From contig JBBRLJ010000006.1 in the NCBI GenBank assembly GCA_038231435.1, positions 1 through 64,000 on the forward strand: a stretch of 64,000 nucleotides of DNA. Direction: 5' to 3'. The notes under the pieces are model-generated. The model saw only the letters and a program-made list of their open reading frames with translations, was not told where the DNA came from and did not search any database. Positions within the stretch are counted from its first letter, which is position 1. Each line of letters opens with the position of its first letter. Positions 9,242 through 16,580 of the stretch are shown in pieces. The translations under genes were made by a program, and so were the position numbers. Source of the stretch: Planctomycetota bacterium. GTDB lineage: Bacteria; Planctomycetota; UBA11346.

Positions 9242-10896
9242 GGCTGCTCCTTGGAGCCGTGGATCGCCACCACCCGGGTTTCGGTCGATGCGCCGTGCTG
9301 GAGGCTGCCTGGAAGATGGCGGATCCCGCCTCGCCCATCGGCCGCTTCGGCGAGCGCCTCCGCGATACGTCGATCCGGCCATGCCTGAGGCACCTTGTGC
9401 TGGCCGCCGAGCTTGCCCGCGCTCGCGAGCCAGGCGTGGAAGGTTCCTGGTGCCACCACCGCCAGGGCCGGCGGCTGCAGCTGCAGCTCGCCCACGCGGT
9501 GCGCGTCGTAATCGATGACGTGCGCGCGCAGGTGACGGTCGATCGCGGTGGCGAAAGCGACGGGAGATTCGGGCTCACGCGCGAACTCGATCCACCACTG
9601 GTGCCGTCCGCGCGGCTCGACCGCGCTCGGCATCATCGGGGCGACATGGTAGTGGGCGACCTCACAGCGCTCTTCGGCGCAGGCGTGCGCGAGAGCGGCG
9701 GCCAGGGCGTCGCCCTCGACGTGTTCGCCGAACACCGAGATGCGGGTCTTGATGCGCCCGGCGAAACGCATGCGGCCCGCTCCGGCGCCGCGCACCAGAT
9801 CTCCGAGCTCGTAACGCACCAGGCCGCCCGGTGTGGTGACCAGCACCCGGTAGAGCCCGCCATGCTCGAGCTGTTCGGGTCCGACGCACTCGGCGCCGGA
9901 GCCGCCATCAGGCATGAATTCGAGCACGATGCCGTGATCGCACAACGCCTCGAGCTCGGCGGGAGCGCCATCGCCGAGGCGCCACGGGCGCGCGCCGACG
10001 GCGATGAAGGCCTCGCTCGACGGATAGACCTCCATCATCATGGTCTCGGGGCCGAGCTCGTCGGTTAGGCGCGGGATGAACGGCTCGATCGCGTGTCCGC
10101 CGTGGATGATGCCGGACAGGCGTGGCCACGCCTCGCGCACGCGTGCGACGCCGCGCTCGGCGCGCACGCGCTCGAACAGCACCAGCAACCAGCTCGGGAT
10201 GCCCGAGGCGAGGCGGATGTCGGCGTGGGCGCAGCGACTCGCTGCACGCGTCAGCTTGCGCTCCCAGTCAGGCTCATGCGCGATGTCACGGCCCGGTTCG
10301 TAGAGCCCCTGCAAGAACCACGGTATGCGCTCCGCTACGATCCCTGAGAGATCGCCCGCGAGCACGCCGTGCTGGTTCGGGGCGAGCGCGGTGCTGCCGC
10401 CGAGCATCAGCATGCGACCGCCGAGCAGCGGGTGCCCCACGGCGGATTGCGCGCGCGCGAGGCGCGCCAAGGCCGTCGCGCCGCCGCGCGCATGGTGCGA
10501 GAGCAGGCCGCGGCTCTGCGGTACGTACCGCTCGCCGCTGCTCTCGGTCGAGGTGGTGCCGCTGGTCTGCGCCAGGGCCCGCGCCCGTCCGGGGAACATG
10601 ACGTCGGCGTCTCCGTGCGCGACGCGCGCGATCAGCGTTTCATAATCGACGTAGCGCGTGACCGGCACGTGGGAGCGGAACGCCGCGCGCAGCTGCGCGT
10701 CGGAGGCTCCGCTCGGCAGCCGCTCCAGCCCGAACTCTCCGCCGACCGGCAGCGCGCGCAGGCGCGAGACCAGCCGCGCCAGGGTGCGCCCCTGTGCGCG
10801 CGCCATGCTCGCCCGCGTCAGGCAGCGGCGGTCGCGCCGCTCGATGAGCGGCATGCAGGTGCGGGCGATGAAACGGTTCCAGGCATCGCTGACCAT
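9238..10896 (-). CDS. GH3-family acyl-adenylate/amido synthetase
   Basis: TSGTT P-loop, GDLSGI, YPSSE, TTPGGLVRYELGDLV, GKLGGQHKVP. Confidence 0.9.
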   Translation of the reverse strand: MVSDAWNRFIARTCMPLIERRDRRCLTRASMARAQGRTLARLVSRLRALPVGGEFGLERLPSGASDAQLRAAFRSHVPVTRYVDYETLIARVAHGDADVMFPGRARALAQTSGTTSTESSGERYVPQSRGLLSHHARGGATALARLARAQSAVGHPLLGGRMLMLGGSTALAPNQHGVLAGDLSGIVAERIPWFLQGLYEPGRDIAHEPDWERKLTRAASRCAHADIRLASGIPSWLLVLFERVRAERGVARVREAWPRLSGIIHGGHAIEPFIPRLTDELGPETMMMEVYPSSEAFIAVGARPWRLGDGAPAELEALCDHGIVLEFMPDGGSGAECVGPEQLEHGGLYRVLVTTPGGLVRYELGDLVRGAGAGRMRFAGRIKTRISVFGEHVEGDALAAALAHACAEERCEVAHYHVAPMMPSAVEPRGRHQWWIEFAREPESPVAFATAIDRHLRAHVIDYDAHRVGELQLQPPALAVVAPGTFHAWLASAGKLGGQHKVPQAWPDRRIAEALAEAADGRGGIRHLPGSLQHGASTETRVVAIHGSKEQP

Positions 10897-11058
10897 GGCG
10901 TCTCCTATGCCCAGAGGGGGCAGGCGCCATGTTATCGAACGATTGTTTACTTATCAAGTCTCTGATGGGTCGTTGTTGTGCCTGTTAGGATCTAGGCTTA
11001 GCGTTGTGCGAGTGTATGTGCGGATTATTGTGCGGCCGTCTGTGCGGGTCGCCGAGCG

Positions 11059-11352
11059 CTACGGCTTGGTCGGACACGTGCATGGACTGCCGCCGCAGGC
11101 GACGCACGCGCCTGGGTACTTCGCCGCCGCCGCCGCCGCCAGGTCGACCCCCGACAGGTGCGCGAGCGACGCGAGCCAGGCCAGGCAGTCCGCGAACTCG
11201 CCCTGCAGATCGTGGCTCGCCGGTTCGCGCAGCGCCTCGGCGAGTTCGCCCACTTCCTCCATGAAGTACATGAAGGTGCCAGCGGTTCCGCGAGCCTCGT
11301 CCTTGGGTCCGAAGGTGCGGGCGATGTCGTCTTGGAAGCGGCGGAGATCCAT
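11059..11352 (-). CDS. MazG-like nucleotide pyrophosphohydrolase with Cys-rich tail
   Basis: EEVGELAEA, EFADCLAWLASLA, KYPGACVACGGSPCTC. Confidence 0.88.
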   Translation of the reverse strand: MDLRRFQDDIARTFGPKDEARGTAGTFMYFMEEVGELAEALREPASHDLQGEFADCLAWLASLAHLSGVDLAAAAAAKYPGACVACGGSPCTCPTKP

Positions 11353-11777
11353 CACACCGCCTGGATCGGGCCCCAGGCCGCTCGCAGCTTCTCGGCCCAC
11401 TGCGCGAGCTCGCCATCGCGGTACTCGTGGTGCGCCGAGAATGGTGGCCGCTGGTCGCCCGTATGGCGCGGGATCACGTGGAAATGCGCGTGGGGCACGA
11501 CCTGACCAGCCGCGGGCCCGTCATTGAGCACCACGTTCACCGCGTCGCAGCCACTCGCCGCCTTCACCGTCGTCACCGTGCGCGCCATGTAGCTACCGAG
11601 CGAGGCGAGATATTCCGTGGGCAGATCCGCGACGAACTGCGCCTGGGCGCGCGGCACCAGCAGCACGTGCCCGGGATTGGTCGGCTTGATGTCCAGGAAC
11701 GCAACCCACAGCGGATCCTTGAACACGAACTGCGCCGGCAATTCGCCGATGATGATCTTCGAGAACAGGGAGGCCAT
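11352..11777 (-). CDS. HIT family nucleotide hydrolase
   Basis: LFSKIIIGELP, AFLDIKP, GHVLLVP, AGQVVPHAHFHVIPR histidine triad. Confidence 0.93.
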   Translation of the reverse strand: MASLFSKIIIGELPAQFVFKDPLWVAFLDIKPTNPGHVLLVPRAQAQFVADLPTEYLASLGSYMARTVTTVKAASGCDAVNVVLNDGPAAGQVVPHAHFHVIPRHTGDQRPPFSAHHEYRDGELAQWAEKLRAAWGPIQAV

Positions 11778-11809
11778 GCCCCGCATGGTCGGGGGGCGCG
11801 GGAGAAGCT

Positions 11810-12075
11810 CAAGCCGGGGGGAGGGAGAAGATCGAAGGGAGCAAAGGGGAAGATCGAAGGGGGAAGTTGGAAGAGGGAAGAGCGAAGGAACATGAGCGCC
11901 GGTGGTTGTGGGACGACATCCGATCTCGCGTGGCCTGCCGCCGCACACCAGCCCTTCGGCCTCCCCTTCCTTCCCCCTTCACTCTTCGCTCTTCCCTCTT
12001 CCGGCTTCCAACCTCTCCCCTTCCCCCTTCTTCCCCTCCCCCGCCGTCTTCCCTCTTCTCCCGCCCCCTCCCTGG
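11810..12075. repeat. Purine-rich and inverted pyrimidine-rich heptamer tracts
   Basis: GGAAGAGGGAAGAGCGAAG (11869-11887) is the exact reverse complement of CTTCGCTCTTCCCTCTTCC (11984-12002). Confidence 0.8.
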
Positions 12076-12101
12076 CTACGATCCCGATCCCCGGAGGACG
12101 C

Positions 12102-12314
12102 GTGAACATCATCTCCAATGACGCGTGGCAGAAGATCCAGCCCGAATTGACGAAGCTCTGCCCGCGGCTGACCGTGGTCGATCTCCAGGAAGCCCAGCAG
12201 CGCATCGACCTGCTGATCGCGAAGATCCAGAACCGCCATTGGATCAGCCGCACCGAGGCCCGCCGCGTGATCCTGGGGATCATGTCGCGCGCCGGAGTCC
12301 CCGCCGGCGTCTGA
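12102..12314 (+). CDS. Small CsbD-like protein
   Basis: GGAGG SD, GTG start; WQKI...LTVVDL...LIAKIQNRHWISRTEARR resembles the CsbD/YjbJ pattern. Confidence 0.65.
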   Translation: MNIISNDAWQKIQPELTKLCPRLTVVDLQEAQQRIDLLIAKIQNRHWISRTEARRVILGIMSRAGVPAGV

Positions 12315-12447
12315 ACCGCGTGACGGCTCGCCTGGCCTGTGCCACGTGGTTCCGCTCGCGCTGGCGCCTTGCGCCGCGAACCGATGGTTGGCGATCGCGG
12401 GTGCCGCACCAGATCCCGTGTCCTCACGAGCCAGAAGAACGCGAGCC

Positions 12448-14592
12448 ATGACCACCACCGATACCTCGAATCCCCTGTTCGCCTGCGAGGCGCCGCCGCG
12501 CTTCGACCTCATCCGCCCCGAGCACATGGTGCCCGCGGTGCGCGAGCTCGCGCCGCGCATGCTCGCGGACCTGGCCGCGCTCGAGACCCGGCTCGCGAGC
12601 GGCGAACCGACCTGGTCGACGGTGGTGACTCCGCTCACCGCGCTGTCCGAGCCGCTGCGCTTCGCGTGGGGGGTCATCAACCATCTCAAGGGCGTGCGCG
12701 ACTCCACCGAGCTGCGCCAGGCGCGCGAGGCGGTACAAGGCGAGGTGGTGCAGGCCTTCCTGCGCCTCGCCCAGAGCCAGGCCTGCTACCGCGCCATGAA
12801 GCGCCTGCGCGGCGGGCCTGAATGGGCGTGGCTCGACGGCACGCAGCGGCGCATCCTCGAAGCCGCGCTGCGCGATGCCGAACTCTCCGGTGTCGGGCTC
12901 GAAGGCGCCGAGAAGGCGCGCTTCCAGGCCATCGCGCTCGAGCTCGATGAACTCGGCACGCTCTTCGCCAACCACCTGCTCGACGCCAACAAGGCGTTCT
13001 CGCTGACCCTGACAACGCCCGACGAGATCGCTGGCCTGCCTCCGACCCTGCTCGCGCAGGCGGCCCAGGCCGCCCGCACCGCGGCCACTGCAGCGGCCGA
13101 TCCGTCATCCCCGACCGCGCCGCTCCAGATGGCGAGTGCGGATGCCGATGCGGGCCCCTGGCGCATCACCCTCGACGGGCCGTCGTACATCCCATTCATG
13201 GAACACAGCCGGCGGAGCGATCTGCGCGAAAGCCTGTACCGCGGTTTCGTCACGCGCGCATCCTCGGGGGATACCGACAACCTGCCGCTGGTCGAACGCA
13301 TCCTGCGCCTGCGCGATGAGCAGGCGCGGCTGCTCGGGCGCGCGAGCTACGCCGAGGTCAGCCTCGCCGCCAAGATGGCGCCCAGCGTCGCGGCGATCGA
13401 ATCCCTGTTGGCCGAGCTGCGCGCCGCCGCCCGGCCCAAGGCGCGCACCGAGCTCGACGAGCTCACCGCGTTCGCGCGCAGCGAGTCCGGCCACGCCAGG
13501 CTCGAGCTGTCGCTGTGGGACGTGCCGTTCTGGGCTGAGCGCCTGCGCGAGCGCCGCTATGCCTACACCGACGAGCAGCTGCGACCGTACTTTCCGTTCG
13601 CGCGCGTGCTCGACGGGCTGTTCGCGCTCGCCAATCGCCTGTTCGGGGTCACCGTGCGCGCCGCCGACGGCGAGGCGGCGGTGTGGGAGCCGTCGGTACG
13701 CTTCTTCCGCATCGCCGACGAGGCTGGCCGCGACATCGCCGCGTTCTACCTCGATCCATACAGCCGCCCGGCCGACAAGCGCGGCGGCGCGTGGATGGAC
13801 AACGCCCTCGACCGCAAGCGCCAGGCCGATGGCGCGCTGCGCCTGCCGGTGGCGTACCTGGTCTGCAACCAGACGCCGCCCACCGGCGACACGCCGTCGC
13901 TGATGACCTTCCGCGAGGTCGAGACGCTGTTCCACGAATTCGGCCACGGCCTGCAGCACATGCTGACCACCGTCGAGCACATCGAGGCCGCCGGCATCAA
14001 CAACGTCGAATGGGACGCGGTCGAGCTGCCCAGCCAGTTCATGGAGAACTGGTGCTACCATTGGCCGACGCTCGAGCGCATGGCCCGCCATGTCCGCACC
14101 GGCGAGGCGCTGCCGCGCGAGCTCTTCGACAAGATATGCGCCGCGCGCACCTACCGCGCCGGCGCCGCGACTCTGCGCCAGGTCTACCTCGCGACCCTCG
14201 ATCTCGAACTGCACCACCGCTACCGTCCCGACGACGAGGACGACGAGGACGGCGTGCTCGCGGTCACCAGCCGCGTCGCGTCGGAGAACACCGTGCTGCC
14301 CCCGCTCGAGGAGGACCGCATGCTCTGCGGCTTCTCACACATCTTCGGCGGCGGCTACGCGGCGGGATATTACAGCTACAAGTGGGCCGAGGTGCTCAGC
14401 GCGGATGCGTTCTCCGCGTTCGAGGAGGCGGGGCTCGATGATGCGGCGGTGGTGGCGAAGACCGGGAGGCGGTTTCGGGATACGGTGTTGGCGCTCGGAG
14501 GGAGCAGACATCCGTTGGAGGTGTTCACGGAGTTTCGGGGGCGGGGACCGAGTCCGAAGGCGTTGTTGAGGCAGACGGGGCTGGTTGGGTAG
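12448..14592 (+). CDS. prlC: Oligopeptidase A (M3 family)
   Basis: KRGGAWM, TLFHEFGHGLQH, WDAVELPSQFMENW, FSHIFGGGYAAGYYSYKWAEVL. Confidence 0.95.
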   Translation: MTTTDTSNPLFACEAPPRFDLIRPEHMVPAVRELAPRMLADLAALETRLASGEPTWSTVVTPLTALSEPLRFAWGVINHLKGVRDSTELRQAREAVQGEVVQAFLRLAQSQACYRAMKRLRGGPEWAWLDGTQRRILEAALRDAELSGVGLEGAEKARFQAIALELDELGTLFANHLLDANKAFSLTLTTPDEIAGLPPTLLAQAAQAARTAATAAADPSSPTAPLQMASADADAGPWRITLDGPSYIPFMEHSRRSDLRESLYRGFVTRASSGDTDNLPLVERILRLRDEQARLLGRASYAEVSLAAKMAPSVAAIESLLAELRAAARPKARTELDELTAFARSESGHARLELSLWDVPFWAERLRERRYAYTDEQLRPYFPFARVLDGLFALANRLFGVTVRAADGEAAVWEPSVRFFRIADEAGRDIAAFYLDPYSRPADKRGGAWMDNALDRKRQADGALRLPVAYLVCNQTPPTGDTPSLMTFREVETLFHEFGHGLQHMLTTVEHIEAAGINNVEWDAVELPSQFMENWCYHWPTLERMARHVRTGEALPRELFDKICAARTYRAGAATLRQVYLATLDLELHHRYRPDDEDDEDGVLAVTSRVASENTVLPPLEEDRMLCGFSHIFGGGYAAGYYSYKWAEVLSADAFSAFEEAGLDDAAVVAKTGRRFRDTVLALGGSRHPLEVFTEFRGRGPSPKALLRQTGLVG

Positions 14593-14684
14593 GGAGAGGA
14601 GGGGAAGAGGGAAGAGGGAAGAGATATAGGCGCGTTTTTTGTGGGGCTCTCCTCGGAATCGCGATCGTAGCGGACGTGCTCGCA

Positions 14685-14744
14685 GTCAAGGCTGATCGGC
14701 GGGGCGCCGATCGCCGCGGAGGAACCGCGGTTGGCAGCCTTGAC
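14685..14744. repeat. Hairpin upstream of the four-helix-bundle gene
   Basis: GTCAAGGCTG...CAGCCTTGAC enclosing CCGCGGAGGAACCGCGG. Confidence 0.75.
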
Positions 14745-14787
14745 AGCTGCGCGCGACCGCTGGGGGGTTGCGAAGGAGAGCACAGCC

Positions 14788-15129
14788 ATGGCTCAGTTTG
14801 AAAAGCTCGTCGTGTGGCAGAAGGCGCAGGATTTCGCGATTGCGGTCGAGATGGGGACGCGCGGGATGCGTACCGATGCGGCATCACAGCTACGCCGGTC
14901 GGCGGCTTCCATCCCCGACAACATCGCGGAAGGATCCGAGCGCGGCACCTCCGCGCAGTTCGCGCACTTCCTCGGGATCTCCAACGGATCCTGCGCGGAA
15001 GCGCAGAGCCAGCTGCGCCGCGCGCATGCGTGCGGCTATCTCGATCGCGATGCGTTCCTCGATCTGATCGATGCGGCGCAGCAGATCGGCTGGATGATCG
15101 CAGCGCCGCGCCGGCGGTGGACGACCTGA
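14788..15129 (+). CDS. Four-helix-bundle protein (23S rRNA IVS / S23-like family)
   Basis: FEKLVVWQKA, SQLRRSAASIPDNIAEGSERGT, FAHFLGISNGSCAE; AAGGAG SD. Confidence 0.92.
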   Translation: MAQFEKLVVWQKAQDFAIAVEMGTRGMRTDAASQLRRSAASIPDNIAEGSERGTSAQFAHFLGISNGSCAEAQSQLRRAHACGYLDRDAFLDLIDAAQQIGWMIAAPRRRWTT

Positions 15130-15232
15130 CGGTCTCACGGCGGGGGCCGTAGCCGCCGCTGCAAACCCACCGCCGCTGCCATACGCTCAGATCCTCGCAT
15201 CTCTGCGTATCCGTTCTCCGTGCGCCCCTCCC

Positions 15233-15327
15233 CGCGATCGGCATCGGAGTCAAGGCTGGCCGCCCCGGCCACCGCGGTTCCTCCGCGGTTCCTCCGCGGC
15301 ATGGCCTTGACGCCGATGCCGGTCGCG
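15233..15327. repeat. Hairpin downstream of the four-helix-bundle gene, inverted relative to the upstream one
   Basis: GTCAAGGC...GCCTTGAC enclosing (CCGCGGTTCCT)x2 CCGCGG, with extended stem CGCGATCGGCATCGG/CCGATGCCGGTCGCG. Confidence 0.75.
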
Positions 15328-15454
15328 ACAATCGCGCTGCTAGGGAGAACGCCCACCATCAACATGCCGTCGGCTGCCCCTCGAGCCCTCGTGCCCTCCA
15401 GCCCTCGCAGCCCTCTTCCTTCTCCGTCTCTGGAGATGAAGCAGCGGAACGAGG

Positions 15455-15591
15455 GAAGAGGTGAAGAGGTGAAGAGGTGAAGAGGGAGGCAGAAGAGAAA
15501 TTGGGCTCGAAGGCTCGAAGGCTCGAAGGCTCGAAGGCTCGAAGGCTCGAAGGCTCGAAGGCTCGAAGGCTCGAAGGCTCGAAGGCTCGAA
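15455..15591 (+). repeat. Octamer tandem repeats (GAAGAGGT)x3 and (GGCTCGAA)x11
   Basis: Read directly at 15455-15478 and 15504-15591. Confidence 0.95.
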
Positions 15592-15740
15592 AATCGATGC
15601 CTGGGCCTGAATGCAACCCGGAGGTCTACCACAGACACCTCCCACTATTCGAGCCTCACAGCCTCCAGGCCTCCGAGCCTCTTCCGCTGTCGCCTATCGA
15701 CATCGATCACGCATCGCCGAGAATCGACGCGATTCCGACC

Positions 15741-16565
15741 ATGCCTCCCTCCGACCTCGTCCTCCACCTCAATCGCCCGGTGATCGCAGCCGAAGCCGGC
15801 CTCTTCCTCTCACGCGGCCGCGGCATCCATCCCGACCGCATCGCCCAGGGCCACGAGCTGATCGCGGTGCGGCGGGGGACGCTGCACATGGAGGAGGACG
15901 GTCGCCCCTTCACCGTCGCCGCGGGCGAGACGCTGGTGCTGTGGCCCGATCGCCGGCACCGCGGTACCGCGGCCTACGACCGCGATGTCGAATTCTACTG
16001 GCTGCATTTCCGCGTGCCGTCCGCGTCCGGCGCGCGCGGGCCGTTGGTGACGGTGCGCCAGCAGGCGCGGCCGCGGCGACCGCAGCAGCTGCGCGAGTAC
16101 CTGCACCGCTACCTGGACGACCGCGCCGCGCGACACGACAACGCCATGGCTGCTAGCCTGCTGGCGATGCTGATCCTGTGTGAGGTGGCGAGCGGAACCC
16201 CGCCCGGGGCGGAGGCGTCGGCCGCGGCTGCGCTCGCCGCGCGCGCCGAGACCTGGATCGCGACGCACTTCCACGACGCGATCAGCACCAGCGACGTCGC
16301 GCGTGGCCTGGGATGCAATCCCGACTATCTCGGCCGGGTCTTCCGCAGCGCGCACGGCCACACCATCGTCGATGCCATCCATCGCCATCGCCTCGAGGAC
16401 GCCCGCCGCCTGCTGATCGAGGGCACGGGCGACATCGCCGCGATCGCGCACGAATGCGGCTATGGGAATCTCGGCCACTTCCGTCGCCACTTCCGTCGCC
16501 ACACCGGCCTCGCGCCGCTCGCCTACCGTTCGCTGCACACGCGCGGCTACGTCAACTCGCGCTGA
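15741..16565 (+). CDS. AraC family transcriptional regulator
   Basis: Cupin N-terminus (HELI, FYWLHF) and double HTH (VARGLGCNPDYLGRVF, IAHECGY...FRRHTG). Confidence 0.92.
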   Translation: MPPSDLVLHLNRPVIAAEAGLFLSRGRGIHPDRIAQGHELIAVRRGTLHMEEDGRPFTVAAGETLVLWPDRRHRGTAAYDRDVEFYWLHFRVPSASGARGPLVTVRQQARPRRPQQLREYLHRYLDDRAARHDNAMAASLLAMLILCEVASGTPPGAEASAAAALAARAETWIATHFHDAISTSDVARGLGCNPDYLGRVFRSAHGHTIVDAIHRHRLEDARRLLIEGTGDIAAIAHECGYGNLGHFRRHFRRHTGLAPLAYRSLHTRGYVNSR

Positions 16566-16580
16566 GCGCGCTCGGGTCTC

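Noticed and set aside
12338..12353. Additional parS (TGTGCCACGTGGTTCC)
   Set aside because: Several mismatches and not palindromic outside the CCACGTGG core
14788..15129. Diversity-generating retroelement (Avd-like gene)
   Set aside because: No reverse transcriptase and no TR/VR pair with adenine-specific differences seen
15504..15591. CRISPR array
   Set aside because: Pure 8-bp tandem repeat with no spacers; no cas genes in the window
15135..15645. ORFs with FEPSSLRA repeats, and a long N-terminal extension of the AraC gene
   Set aside because: These are translations of the octamer repeat; the AraC domain begins near 15741
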